Below are positions 1-13,014 of a DNA stretch of 64,000 nt, in pieces; within the stretch, counting starts at the first letter, position 1, and every line of letters begins with the position of its first letter. Where the stretch lies: assembly GCA_002269645.1 (NCBI GenBank), contig NIVC01000205.1:7276-71275 (forward strand). The letters are read 5' to 3'. The stretch comes from Macrostomum lignano (taxonomy: Eukaryota). The position numbers and the translations under genes were made by a program. Below the pieces are notes generated by a model that made no database searches, was not told where the DNA came from, and saw nothing but the letters and a program-made list of their open reading frames with translations.

Positions 1-431
1 GAACTCACTCTGTGAGCTCCAATGAACTCACTCTATGAGCCCTAATGAACTCACTCTATGAGCCCTAATAAACTCACTCTATAAGCTCCAATGGACTCAC
101 TCTATAAGCTTGAATGGACTCACTCTATGAGCTCCAATGGACTCACTCTATGAGCTCCAATGAACTCACTCTATGAGCCCCAATGGACTCACTCTATGAG
201 CCCCAATAGAGTCACTCTATGAGCTCCAATGGACTCACTCTATGAGCCCTAATAAACTCACTCTATAAGCTCCAATGGACTCACTCTATGAGCCCCGATG
301 AACTCACTCGATGAGCCCCAATGAACTCAATACAGTCACTCTATGAGCCCCAATGAACTCACTCTATGAGCCCCAATGAACTCACTCTATGAGCCCCAAT
401 GAACTCAATAGAGTCACTCTATGAGCCCCAA
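1..431. repeat. 23-bp minisatellite, unit ~GAACTCACTCTATGAGCCCCAAT, running off the window start
   Basis: Tandem units read directly; variants gaac/ggac and ccc/tcc/cct. Confidence 0.95.
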
Positions 432-1054
432 AGGTATAGGGCTCGGAAATTCGGCAGAACAAGTAAGCCTAAAAGAGGCAAAGTTAAGTAAAGACAGGCA
501 AGTCAGACAATAGAAGCACGAAAGCAAGCACAACAATGGAGGCCCCAGTGAATGCAGCAACGAATAACAAGACTACAGCAGCCCCCCATCCATTCGAGAC
601 TAAAAACAAAGGCGAGTTGAGCGAGGCGGATCAACAGGCGGGAGCAGCCAGGCGGAGAAGAATAATGAGCGCGTGGCCCGAGACCGCCAACGGGTGGGGC
701 ATCGAGCCGCACCAAAACACCTGACGGCAGTAAAAAACTCAAAGACTGACCTCCCGTAATTGCTCAAAATCATCTCAGGAGTTCGAGCCGTCAAACTGCT
801 GAGATCTCAAGGCTCACGGGGGAATTGTTGAGGAGGCCAAGGCTTATGGGGCGAATCGCTGAGATGTCAGTGGGCCATTGTTGGAACTTGTTGGTAGGCC
901 AAGCCCAAGGGTTAAGCCATGGCTTAGGCGGAGGCGTTGATGCCGAAGCTCACAGGGGATGCTGATATCTTTGGCATATTTAGCTACTTGTCGACTTGAT
1001 ATCTTTCTGGTCTGGTGCTTCTCTGCTTTAAACATCAGTTTCCTCAGGATACTA

Positions 1055-1516
1055 GCGCCAGATGGACTCCCCAATGAGCGCCAGATGAACTCCCCAATGA
1101 GCGCCAGATGGACTCCCCAATGAGCGCCAGATGGACTCCCCAATGAGCGCCAGATGGACTCCCCAATGAGCGCCAGATGGACTCCCCAATCAGCGCCAGA
1201 TGGATTCCCAAAGGAGCGCCAGATGGACTCCCTAATGAGCGCCAGATGGACTCCCCAATGAGCGCCAGATGGACTCCCCAATCAGCGCCAGATGGATTCC
1301 CCAATGAGCGCCAGATGAACTCCCCAATGAGCGCCAGATGGACTCCCCAATGAGCGCCAGATGGACTCCCCAATGAGCGCCAGATGGACTCCCCAATGAG
1401 CGCCAGATGGACTCCCCAATGAGCGCCAGATGGACTCCCCAATGAGCGCCAGATGGACTCCCCAATGAGCACCAGATGGACTCCCCAATGAGCGCCAGAT
1501 GGACTCCCCAATGAGT
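1055..1516. repeat. 23-bp minisatellite, unit GAGCGCCAGATGGACTCCCCAAT, about 20 copies
   Basis: Near-perfect tandem units; source of the GSPSGAHWGVHL pseudo-ORFs. Confidence 0.97.
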
Positions 1517-1947
1517 GAAGTGTGATATTTGAAACACGGATGCTCAATATCTGAATGAATTAAATAAGTTCACTTTTAAATATTTTTCTACTTGTCTGCT
1601 ACTGTTAGTAGGCACTAATGTACATGGACGGAGTTTTCTAACAAACAGATTAGAAAGGAATAAAGCAGCGCTTTCAAAATTCCTTTTTCATTTTAAATCA
1701 CCGATTTTAACGACAATTTAATCGACAGTAAAGTGGAGTTAGCTTGATCTTATGATAAATAATTTATAACAGTACAAAGTTAATTACCTTGCGGCATGTC
1801 CACTTTGACTTACAGTGGCACTAGAACTGTAACAGTTAAGTGGCTTTAAATTAATGGCTAATTAAAAACAAGGATCTCAAATCCTAAGACAGGGAAGGGA
1901 GGCTGAGCACTGAACCACTGATCAGCAGGATTCTCCCGCCAGCTTAC

Positions 1948-2115
1948 GTTCTGCTTGTCCGCCTCGCTCAGGCTGTGCCCCAACCAGTTTCAAATACCTT
2001 TCCTTCATCATCTCCAGCTGGCCTCCCATCCTCGCAGCCTCTTCCTCGGTATGGGAGAATTGATTCCTCGGATTGGTTCTCAGCCAGGGGTACAGAGAGA
2101 TCGCAAGCGGAGAGT
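1948..2115 (-). CDS. Candidate internal exon of an unidentified minus-strand gene (SPLAISLYPWLRTNPRNQFSHTEEEAARMGGQLEMMKERYLKLVGAQPERGGQAE)
   Basis: Pyrimidine tract with ctccag acceptor, GTAAGC donor, 168 bp, one frame fully open. Confidence 0.45.
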
Positions 2116-2212
2116 CTGGAGTGAAAAGCTCCGTACCAGGAGGTCAGTAAACGTTTTTTTTTACCTCAGGATTAGCTAGATAAATAATCCAGCTGCGGGC
2201 TGCCGGCCAGGT

Positions 2213-2640
2213 GGGAAAGGAGAGGAGAGAGAATGAGACGATAGACGGGATGAGAAATGAAAGGAAAGAGGAGAGAGGAGAGGAGATGAAGAGAGAGAGA
2301 AGAGAGAAGAGGTGAGAGGGGAGAGAAGAGGTGAGGGGGAGAGAGGAGAGAGAAAAGATGAGAGGGGAGAGAAGAGGTGAGAGGGAAGAGAAGAGGTGAG
2401 AGGGAAGAGAAGAGGTGAGAGGGGAGAGAAGAGGTGAGGGGGAGAGAGGAGAGAGAGAAGAGAGAAGAGGGGAGAGGGGAGAGACGAGAGAGAAGATGGA
2501 GATAGAAGAGGGAAGAGGGAGAGGGGAGAGAGGAGAGAAAAGATGAGAGATGAGAGAGGAGAGAGAAGATGGAGAGAGGAGAGAGAAGAGGGGAGATAGG
2601 AGAGAGAAGAGATGAGATAGGAAGGCAGCGAGCTGAGAAG
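2213..2640. repeat. GA-rich polypurine low-complexity tract
   Basis: Almost only G and A (gagaggagagagaag...). Confidence 0.95.
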
Positions 2641-3210
2641 AGACACAAACATGAGCGGGCCGGATTGCTATTGCGAAGTTTCAAAGAACCCGAGGGCCGG
2701 ATAGAGAGGCTTCGCTCATGGGATTTACACCCATTTTCAGAGAAGTAAATTCAATTTGCTTGTCGCTCTTTTGTGTAAAAAAACAACTTGATTTCTGCAT
2801 AAGAAAAGATAAAAATTGGATTGTAAACCAGTTCCCAGAAGGGGATGGTCCTTTGCGGCATCGGATTATTCCAGAATCCTCGCTCGAATAGGGTTCTCCT
2901 TGGCTGAGGGAGGAACAGTGGCGGATTCGAGACAGGATTCGGGAGGTCCCAGGCCTCTGCAAGGGTTGTCAGCCCCCGGACTATCAGCCACACATCTGCC
3001 TTCCCTCACTCATTTCTCAGCCTCATCCGTGACTCATCGACAGGGAAAGAAAAGTAAGCAAAAGTAATGGGATTCGCGAAGCGGCCAAGTGTTACACAGA
3101 TCCCCGCTACGTATTGATATAATAAGGCAGCTGGGCCGCATCATTGGGAAATCGATATTGGAAAATTGGGGTTCGGGCCAACGCCTTTTTGTGTTGCTGA
3201 TGAAATGACA

Positions 3211-3213
3211 CTG

Positions 3214-3275
<62 letters not shown>
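3211..3275. repeat. (CTG)n/(CAG)n trinucleotide repeat, about 20 units
   Basis: Read directly. Confidence 0.97.
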
Positions 3276-3278
<3 letters not shown>

Positions 3279-3294
3279 TGTTGCCAAAATCCAA

Positions 3295-4430
3295 TCGAAA
3301 TTCACGGTGACAGTCACCGATATCAGAGTCAGATTCACTGAAGTCGAAATGACATTTACTGAAGTCGGAGTCTGATCTGCTAATCACGGAGTGAGATTCA
3401 CTGAACTCCGAGTTAACTTCACTGAAATCAAAGCGAGTTTCACTGAAATCAAAGCGAGATTCACTGAACTCCGAGTTAACTTCACTGAAATCAAAGCGAG
3501 ATTCACTGAACTCCGAGTTAACTTCACTGAAATCAAAGCGAGATTCACTGAAATCAAAGCGAGATTCACTGAACTCCGAGTTAACTTCACTGAAATCAAA
3601 GCGAGATTCACTGAACTCCGAGTTAACTTCACCGAAATCAAAGCGAGATTCACTGAAATCAAAGCGAGATTCACTGAAATCAAAGCGAGATTCACTGAAA
3701 TCAAAGCGAGATTCACTGAAATCAAAGCGAGATTCACTGAACTCCGAGTTAACTTCACTGAAATCAAAGCGAGATTCACTGAACTCTGAGTTAACTTCAC
3801 TGAAATCAAAGCGAGATTCACTGAACTCTGAGTTAACTTCACCGAAATCAAAGCGAGATTCACTGAACTCCGAGTTAACTTCACCGAAATCAAAGCGAGA
3901 TTCACTGAAATCAAAGCGAGATTCACTGAACTCCGAGTTAACTTCACTGAAATCAAAGCGAGATTCACTGAACTCTGAGTTAACTTCACTGAAATCAAAG
4001 CGAGATTCACTGAACTCTGAGTTAACTTCACCGAAATCAAAGCGAGATTCACTGAACTCCGAGTTAACTTCACCGAAATCAAAGCGAGATTCACTGAAAT
4101 CAAAGCGAGATTCACTGAAATCAAAGCGAGATTCACTGAAATCAAAGCGAGATTCACTGAAATCAAAGCGAGATTCACTGAAATCAAAGCGAGATTCACT
4201 GAACTCCGAGTTAACTTCACTGAAATCAAAGCGAGATTCACTGAAATCAAAGCGAGATTCACTGAACTCCGAGTTAACTTCACCGAAATCAAAGCGAGAT
4301 TTTCTGAAATCGAAGAGAGATTCACTGAACTCTGAGTTAGCTTCACTGAAATCAGAGCGGGATTCACTGAAATCGATGTAAGATTCACTGAAATCCGACT
4401 TAGCTTCATTGAAATCGGGGTATGATTCAC
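3295..4430. repeat. 21-bp minisatellite with two interspersed unit types (TTCACTGAAATCAAAGCGAGA and TTCACTGAACTCCGAGTTAAC) and diverged flanking copies
   Basis: Strict 21-bp period with a homogeneous core at about 3394-4300. Confidence 0.95.
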
Positions 4431-5344
4431 AAAACTGTAAGTGCAGATATGCTGAAATCGAAGCAAGATTCAAAGCCAACTCAAAGCCATATCGAGAGCT
4501 AAAACTAGCAACGAGTAGAAAATGTTTTCTTTGCTACTTTTCATCAAGCAGTACTCTAAGTAGCGGAATAGAGCATAGCTGACAAGTTTTTCAATAAAAT
4601 AAAATAATTTCTCGTTTATGCTCGTGTAGTTGAGAAAAAACTTAGAAAAGACTACAATTATAAAGGAAGTACCCAAAGACTCAAAGAGATGTCTTAAGTT
4701 CCCCGTAGCGAAATGACTGCGAGATGCAAGCTCAAATGTCTACCAAAACTTTTACTTGAGTGGATAATCCGCGACACTGCATCGGCATCGTATGGATTAA
4801 GCAGAGAAAAAACACACTGTTTTCATTTCATTAATTCCGTTCACGCCCTTCCCCTCATCCTAAAAAGAGGCACTTCAGACTCTCATCTTCTCCATCATTC
4901 TCCTGGCTCATAGTAGAAGCCTCTCTCGTGCAACAACTGCGCCGCTGCGAAGCCAGACTGAGGCAGGCAGTTCCAAGATGGGGAATTCCGATAAAACAAA
5001 AAATTCCAACTCTTCTTACTGTCGCTCTCTCTCTCTCTCTTTCTCTCTCGAAAAGTAAACAAACCACTTCGATTAAACGGTATAATATTAATTTGTAATC
5101 AGCTGGACCATTTGCTTTAAAGTTGGCGTGAATAATTTAGAAAACATGCACCAATACGTTTATAAGAGCATTCGTACGCTCGTACGAGCTATAAAATACA
5201 AGCCTAATTTTTTTAATTAATAACTTATTTTATCGATATTAATTATCGTTTTTATGTTCGAGCCCGTAATCTAATCAATGAGCTAGGAGTACATGCTTTC
5301 AGTCTTTAATAGTGACGCCCTTTTAGCTTCCTGCTACACCATAT

Positions 5345-6690
5345 TGTTAAAAGCGATTTTATTGCCTGCATTTCTGCTACCCCAGATTGTTAAAGCGATT
5401 TTATTGCCTGCATTTCTGCTACCCCAGATTGTTAAATGCGATTTTATTGCCTGCATTTCTGCTACCCCAGATTGTTAAAAGCGATTTCATTGCCTGCATT
5501 TCTGCTACCCCAGATTGTTAAATGCGATTTCATTGCCTGCATTTCTGCTACCCCAGATTGTTAAATGCGATTTTATTGCCTGCATTTCTGCTACCCCAGA
5601 TTGTTAAAAGCGATTTTATTGCCTGCATTTCTGCTACCCCAGATTGTTAAAAGCGATTTTATTGCCTGCATTTCTGCTACCCCAGATTGTTAAAAGCGAT
5701 TTCATTGCCTGCATTTCTGCTACCCCAGATTGTTAAAAGCGATTTTATTGCCTGCATTTCTGCTACCCCAGATTGTTAAATGCGATTTTATTGCCTGCAT
5801 TTCTGCTACCCCAGATTGTTAAAAGCGATTTCATTGCCTGCATTTCTGCTACCCCAGATTGTTAAAAGCGATTTTATTGCCTGCATTTCTGCTACCCCAG
5901 ATTGTTAAATGCGATTTTATTGCCTGCATTTCTGCTACCCCAGATTGTTAAAAGCGATTTTATTGCCTGCATTTCTGCTACCCCAGATTGTTAAATGCGA
6001 TTTTATTGCCTGCATTTCTGCTACCCCAGATTGTTAAAAGCGATTTCATTGCCTGCATTTCTGCTACCCCAGATTGTTAAAAGCGATTTTATTGCCTGCA
6101 TTTCTGCTACCCCAGATTGTTAAATGCGATTTTATTGCCTGCATTTCTGCTACCCCAGATTGTTAAAAGCGATTTCATTGCCTGCATTTCTGCTACCCCA
6201 GATTGTTAAAAGCGATTTTATTGCCTGCATTTCTGCTACCCCAGATTGTTAAAAGCGATTTTATTGCCTGCATTTCTGCTACCCCAGATTGTTAAATGCG
6301 ATTTTATTGCCTGCATTTCTGCTACCCCAGATTGTTAAAAGCGATTTCATTGCCTGCATTTCTGCTACCCCAGATTGTTAAATGCGATTTTATTGCCTGC
6401 ATTTCTGCTACCCCAGATTGTTAAAAGCGATTTTATTGCCTGCATTTCTGCTACCCCAGATTGTTAACAGCGATTTTATTGCCTGCATTTCTGCTACCTT
6501 AGATTTTTAAATGCGGTTTTATTGCCTGCATTCCTGCTACCCCAGATTATTAAATGCGGTTTTATTGCCTGCATTCCTGCTACCCCAGATTATTAAATGC
6601 GGTTTTATTGCCTGCATTCCTGCTACCCCAGATTATTAAATGCGGTTTTATTGCCTGCACCCATCCTACCCCAGACATTACTAAATGCGA
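5345..6690. repeat. 43-bp minisatellite ATTTTATTGCCTGCATTTCTGCTACCCCAGATTGTTAAA(A/T)GCG, about 31 copies
   Basis: Period measured between successive GCG motifs (5438, 5481); the right end is degenerate. Confidence 0.95.
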
Positions 6691-7444
6691 TATTATATAT
6701 TTAGCCTAGTTTTCCTGTTTTAAAGCTAATTCTAGCTAAATTCTAGATTCTAGTCCGACACTACACTGAGAGTACAACAGGCCAGGAAACTAATGTATAC
6801 TTTGATAAATAATGCAGCTATAGATAGCATAGACTAAAAAAGTCAAAAACTCAATCTTCCCTAATTGACAGCCACAGCCGAACTATTAATGCATTAAGTG
6901 AGGAGAGAACTCCCAATTAGAGCTGTGTAAATGCACTTTTCCCTTCGTTAGTCTCGAACTAGATCTGCGAGAATTGGAAATGGGACGGGTCCTGCAATGA
7001 GGTTGCAATAGGAAAATTAATTGAGAACGATAAAAACTAATGGGATCGCGAGAACAGATTTCATGTGAAAATTTCCGCCTTCGCGGCTTCGGATTTTCAT
7101 TGTGCCATCAGACTGTCAGGCGCTTCCGCTTTTGCGATTCAAATGATGATAAAGGCGTCACAGCTCTTTTGGCCGAAATTGCGCAAATCAATTTCTATTG
7201 GTTGATTATTTATCAGCTTTAGTTTATGATGCAGCGCCGATGCCGATAATGAAGAACAGCCAAAGATGCATAAGCTTCATTATTATAGAAATTGTGAAAC
7301 TTTTTACTTTCAACAATAATGCACTTGATATATCACTCATTTATCGATCTGTTGATGCGCTCAGGGCGTATATATTTATTGTAAATAATTGGTTGATTTA
7401 ATGAATGATGTATTGATTGAGCGGTTAATTAAATGAGCGAACGA

Positions 7445-7963
7445 CGATTGATTGATTGCATGACTGATCGATTAATTGATTGATTGATTGATTGATTGCT
7501 TGACTGATTGATTGATTGACTGATTGATTGACTGATTGATTGATTGATTGCATGACTGATCGATTAATTGATTGATTGATTAATTGATTGCTTGACTGAT
7601 TGATTGATTGACTAATTGATTGACTGATTGATTGATTGCATGACTGATCGATTAATTGATTGATTGATTGATTGATTGCTTGACTGATTGATTGATTGAC
7701 TGATTGATTGACTGATTGATTGATTGCATGACTGATCGATTAATTGATTGATTGATTGATTGATTGCATGACTGATCGATTAATTGATTGATTGATTGAT
7801 TGATTGCTTGACTGATTGATTGATTGACTGATTGATTGACTGATTGATTGATTGCTTGACTGATCTATTGATTGACTGATTGATTGATTGATTGCTTGAT
7901 TGATTGATTGATTGACTGATTGATTGATTGACTGATTGATTGATTGCATGACTGATCGATTAA

Positions 7964-7994
<31 letters not shown>

Positions 7995-8265
7995 ATTGAT
8001 TGATTGACTGATTGATTGACTGATTGATTGATTGCTTGATTGATTGACTGATTGACTGATTGATTGATTGCATGACTGATCGATTAATTGATTGATTGCT
8101 TGATTGATTGATTGATTGATTGCTTGATTAACTGACTGATTGATTGACTGATCGATTGATCGATTGACTGATTGATTGATTGATTGATTGATTGACTGAT
8201 TGATTGACTTATTGATTGACTGATTGATTGATTGACAGATTGATCGATTGATTGATTAACTGAAT
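7445..8265. repeat. (ATTG)n compound microsatellite with recurring interruptions
   Basis: Read directly; source of the QSIN pseudo-ORF. Confidence 0.95.
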
Positions 8266-8597
8266 CGCTTGTTAACTGTTTAATAATGATGATGATAGAG
8301 AAACAGTCAAAAGTATTTTCAAATAGAAAATGCCACGTCCTTACAAAAGTGTTTTGTGCTCCATATTGAAGTGCTTATTTGTCCTAGGGATTAGGAATGA
8401 ACTTTAAAAGATTTAGGGAAACTCAACACCAATCCGAGATGCTTATTTGGTCAGCTGTATCAACTCAACTGCTCTTTGAGTTTTTTCCTCTTCGCATTTC
8501 ATTATTTATGAAGCTCTCTGATTTTATGCTGTATTTTTTCACCGCAGTTGGAAACTCTGTTTCATCTGTGGACTGCGAACTCCTGCTCGTGATCAGC

Positions 8598-9085
8598 TCC
8601 CTCTCCCCTCTTCCCACCCCCCCTCTCCCCCTCCCACTCTCTTCATCTCTACCTCTCTTTCCTCCGCCTCTCTGCCTTCCGCCTCTCTTCCTCTCTCCCT
8701 CTCTCCCCCCTCTAATTCTCTCCCCTCTGCCTCTTTCTCTCCCTCTCTCCCCTTCTACCTCTCTCCAGTCTAACTTTCTATCCTCTGCCTCTCTCCCCTC
8801 TACCTCTCTTCCCTCTGCCTCTCTCCCCTCTACCTCTCTTCCATTTGCCTCTCTCCCCTCTGACTCTCTCTCGCCTCTGCCTTTCTCCCCTCCGTCTCTC
8901 TCTCCTCTTCCTCTCCCCCCTCTACTTCTCTCCCCTCTGCCTCTCTCCCCTCTCCCTCTCTCCCCTCTCCCTCTCTCCCTTCTCCATCTCCCCCCTCTCC
9001 CTCTCTCCCCTCTACCTCTCTCCTCTTCTCTCCTTTCTACCTCTCTCCATCTATACCGTTTCCTTTCTATCCCTCCCCCTCTCTT
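8598..9085. repeat. CT-rich polypyrimidine tract
   Basis: Read directly. Confidence 0.95.
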
Positions 9086-9273
9086 CTGCACACACAGCGT
9101 CAGTTCTGCATTCACCATAGCAACACAGAGAGATGAACCTGAATTGCAGTCGATGGTAGTCAATAGTAACTCTTGCACTGCAAATGAAGTCACTGGAGGA
9201 GAAAATTGAAAAAAATTGAAATGCGACGCAGAAAAACTGCAACATATTATATATGCCTCCATCCTTCGCTTAC

Positions 9274-9559
9274 AAACAAACGATGGCCCAGTTCAAATCC
9301 CCTCCGCTGTACCGCCTGTCTCTCCGCGCTAAAAAGTCAGTTTTTATCCCAATGCTACGGATTTTGTATTCCTTCATTCCTTCTCAATTCTGTTGTTATT
9401 TACATATTGCAATACAGCCTTTTGCTTGTACTGCCTGCGGGAGGGATTATAATGGGGCACTCACCGCTGTAGTGGACACATATGAACGGGTGTGACAGGG
9501 GGTCTTGCTGTTCTGCTAGAAGCTGTGAAGCCCGCGTTTTTTGAGGAAATCCAGGATTA
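9274..9559 (-). CDS. Two phase-compatible candidate exons (9465-9559 and 9274-9328): NPGFPQKTRASQLLAEQQDPLSHPFICVHYS-A-RRDRRYSGGDLNWAIVC
   Basis: AG acceptors, GTGAGT and GTAAGC donors, and one open frame across the join. No homologue recognised. Confidence 0.4.
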
Positions 9560-9639
9560 CTGCATTGTGCAGATTACAGTTCTGGATCAGAAGAGATTAG
9601 ATCTGTTGGGGAGAAGTGATTAAAAATATAGATAAGAGA

Positions 9640-10612
9640 GATTAGATTTGTAAATGGGTGTTTAGATTTGTGAATTGGTTGATTAAATTTGTGAATGGGT
9701 GACTAGATTTGTGAATTGGTTGATTAAATTTGTGAATGGGTGACTAGATTTGTGAATGGGTGACTAGATTTGTGAATGGGTGGTTAGATTTGTGAATGGG
9801 TGCCTAGATTTGTGAATGGTTGATTAGATTTGTGAATGGGTGATTAGATTTGTGAATGGGTGACTAGATTTGTGAATGGGTGCCTAGATTTGTGAATGGG
9901 TGACTAGATTTGTGAATGGGTGATTAGATTTGTGAATGGGTGATTAGATTTGTGAATGGGTGACTAGATTTGTGAATGGGTGCCTAGATTTGTGAATGGG
10001 TGACTAGATTTGTGAATGGGTGATTAGATCTGTGAATGGGTGATTAGATTTGTGAATGGGTGACTAGATTTGTGAATGGGTGATTAGATTTATGAATGGG
10101 TGACTAGATTTGTGAATGGGTGGTTAAATTTGTGAATGGGTGACTAGATTTGTTAATGGGTGATTAGATTTGTGAATGGGTGATTAGATTTGTGAATGGG
10201 TGATTAGATTTGTGAATGGGTGACTAGATTTGTGAATGGGTGATTAGATTTGTGAATGGGTGACTAGATTTGTTAATAGGTGATTAAATTTGTGAATGGG
10301 TGACTAGATTTTTGAATGGGTGACTAGATTTGTGAATGGGTGACTAGATTTGTAAATGGGTGATTAGATTTGTGAATAAGTGATTAGATCTGTGAATGGG
10401 TGATTAGATTTGTGAATGGGTGACTAGATTTGTTAATGGGTGATTAGATTTGTGAATGGGTGACTAGATTTTTGAATGGGTGATTAGATTTGTGAATGGG
10501 TGACTAGATTTGTTAATGGGTGATTAGATTTGTGAATGGGTGATTAGATTTGTGAATGGGTGCCTAGATTTGTGAATGGGTGATTAGATTTGTGAATGGG
10601 TGATTAGATTTC
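9640..10612. repeat. 20-bp minisatellite TGTGAATGGGTGA(C/T)TAGATT, about 48 copies
   Basis: Read directly. Confidence 0.97.
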
Positions 10613-11261
10613 CAGATCATGGAGATTAGATACGTGGATGAGGCAGACTCGAGTTTAGGGAGATAATATATGGAAAATCGTATTTGTTAATTGTGGAGAT
10701 GTGTGACTTAAATAAGGGTTAATATTATTTGCATACCTAACTAAATGCATAACCAACTATAATACACCCCCAGCATCTAGTATGCCTCATCCGAGATGCA
10801 TTGTCAGCCTCTCATACTATGGCAGTTTTGCACAAACATGACAAGCCCTCCAGACTGCCCCCTCCCCGGCCTCTGGGCAGCCTGGCTGATCAATCCATGC
10901 GAGCGCTCTCTCTCTCCGATTGAGGAAGGCCCGGGGACAAGGCATTGTTTAAATGGAGGCCATAAAAATCACCCGGCCTAAACCCACCTCCAATTAAGTG
11001 CCAGATGCGCTGCTGGCCTGAGAGGGGGGTTAAAACACTGAGCTCATCCCCAATAGATCACCAAATGATGCCTGGCTGCCTGCAATACCATATAACATTG
11101 GTAGATATGGTTGACACTGTACAGCCACCGATAGCACTCTTGCAGAAACTTAGCACCGGGTGCGACTTGCGCTCCATCTTGACCCCTGAGGGAATTCATA
11201 GTCTGGCTTTGAGAGCACTTTATTTATTAAATGTTTTTCATTCATACTCCTGACTGTCTGA

Positions 11262-11886
11262 ACTTCTGACTCTCTCAACCCCTGACTCTCTCAAACCCTG
11301 ACTCTCTCAACCCCTGACTCTCTCAAACCCTGACTCTCTCAACCCCTGACTCTCTCAACCCCTAACTCTCTCAACCCCTGTCTCAACCTCTGACTTTCTC
11401 AAACCCTGACTCTCTTAAACCCTGACTCTCTCAAACCCTGACTCTCTCAACCCTGACTCTTCCAACCCCTGAATCTTTCAACCCCGGACTCTTTCAACCC
11501 CTGACTCTCTCAAACCCTGACTCTCTCAACCCCTGACTCTCTCAACCCCTGACTCTTTCAACCCCTGACTCTCTCAACCCCTGACTCTCTCAACCCCTGA
11601 CTCTCTCAACCCCTGACTCTCTCAACTTCTGACTCTCTCAAACCCTGACTCTCTTAACTTCTGACTCTCTCAGCCCCTGACTCTCTTAACCCTGATTCCC
11701 TCAACCCCTGACTCTCTCAGCCCCTGACTCTCTCAACCCCTGACTTTCTCAACCCATGACTCTTTCAACCCCTGACTCTTTCAACCCCTGACTCTTTCAA
11801 CCCCTGACTCTTTCAGCCCCTGACTCTCTCAGCCCCTGACTTCTCAACCCATGACTCTTTCAATCCCAGACTCTCTCAGCCCCTGA
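11262..11886. repeat. 16-bp minisatellite CCCCTGACTCTCTCAA
   Basis: Period 16 measured at 11283, 11299 and 11315; degenerate units present. Confidence 0.95.
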
Positions 11887-12169
11887 TGAAAAAACACGGG
11901 GTAATGTACTTGACTCTAAGCTACCTTACAATGAAGACATCGGGTGAAAACAGTCAAGCAAACTCCACTCCAACACCCGCATGTGGTTCGCCAAAAAATT
12001 CGAATTATATCAAAATCGACCGCCCACAGATGCTACTGACACATCACCGCCCCATAGTTTGTGAGGAAAACATTTCGGCAAAAGCATTTTTCCCTATCGT
12101 ACAATTCAGGCCGCGGGCTTGCTTTTTTCTTCCCTGGTGGAATTGTCAGAAAACCCTCTTTCTCCTTGA

Positions 12170-13014
12170 ATCTGATACCGCAGAAACACGTGCGGTCTCG
12201 GTGGCTGCGGGATGCCTGGCAGATGCTCGACTATAGCGCGAAATTGGCTCTAGCTATAAGGCTTATAGAGCCATTTTAGTTAGAAGTACTTTCTGTTCTT
12301 AATCTCACTCTCTCAGCTGCACCGTGCACTCACTTATCTCACTCACGTGGTCTCACTTTGAACCCGACTTCTCGTGTCTAATTCCGTTTGGTTAATAATG
12401 CTTGTGTTTGTCTTACCTGCTGGGGTTCTTGTCTTACAGCGTCCCTTATCCTATCTCAGCTGTGTCCCTTATCCCATCTCTGTGTCCCTTATCGCATCTC
12501 TGTGTCCCTTATCCCATCTCTGTGTCCCTTATCCCATCTCCATGTCCCTGATCCCATCTCCATGTCCCTTATCTCATCTCTTATCCCTATTCCAACATCT
12601 TATCTCTCTGTCTCTCATCTTATCTCTCTGTCTCTCATCTTATCTCTCTGTCTCTCATCTTATCTCTCTGTCTCTCATCTTATCTCTCTGTCTTTCATCT
12701 TATCTCTCTGTCTCTCATCTTATCTCTCTGTCTCTCATCTTATCTCTCTGTCTCTCATCTTATCTCTCTGTCTCTCATCTTATCTCTCTGCCCTTTAACT
12801 CATCACTGTCTTTCAAAACCATCTTAGCACCAGGCAAAACCCGATCAAATGCTGCAGTAAGAAACTTACCCAGCAGATCAATCTGAGGATCAACCACAGA
12901 GTACTTTCTCAATCTGGTGTGCTGCTGCTGCTGCCTCTGGGGCGGAGACTCCGAGCTGTCATTGTCATCACTGCCGTCTTTCATCACAACTACCGAGCCT
13001 CTAGCAGTGGTCAT
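12170..13014 (-). CDS. Candidate exon pair flanking the 20-bp array: ...RLRKYSVVDPQIDLL (donor after 12870) joined to VEHLPGIPQPPRPHVFLR (acceptor, exon starting 12230)
   Basis: GTAAGT donor in phase 1 and ctatag acceptor in phase 1 give a continuous frame. Outer exon boundaries uncertain. Confidence 0.45.
12440..12792. repeat. Two abutting 20-bp arrays (TGTGTCCCTTATCCCATCTC, then TGTCTCTCATCTTATCTCTC)
   Basis: Read directly. Confidence 0.9.

Noticed and set aside
844-1547. GSPSGAHWGVHL ORFs
   Set aside because: They are translations of a 23-bp repeat cycling through frames.
5345-6690. Regular repeats as CRISPR arrays (also 40800-41656)
   Set aside because: Head-to-tail units with no unique spacers, no cas genes, and a eukaryotic context.
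8397-9262. Pro/Leu-rich and Arg/Gly/Glu-rich ORFs (also 2172-2684)
   Set aside because: Translations of CT/GA low-complexity tracts.
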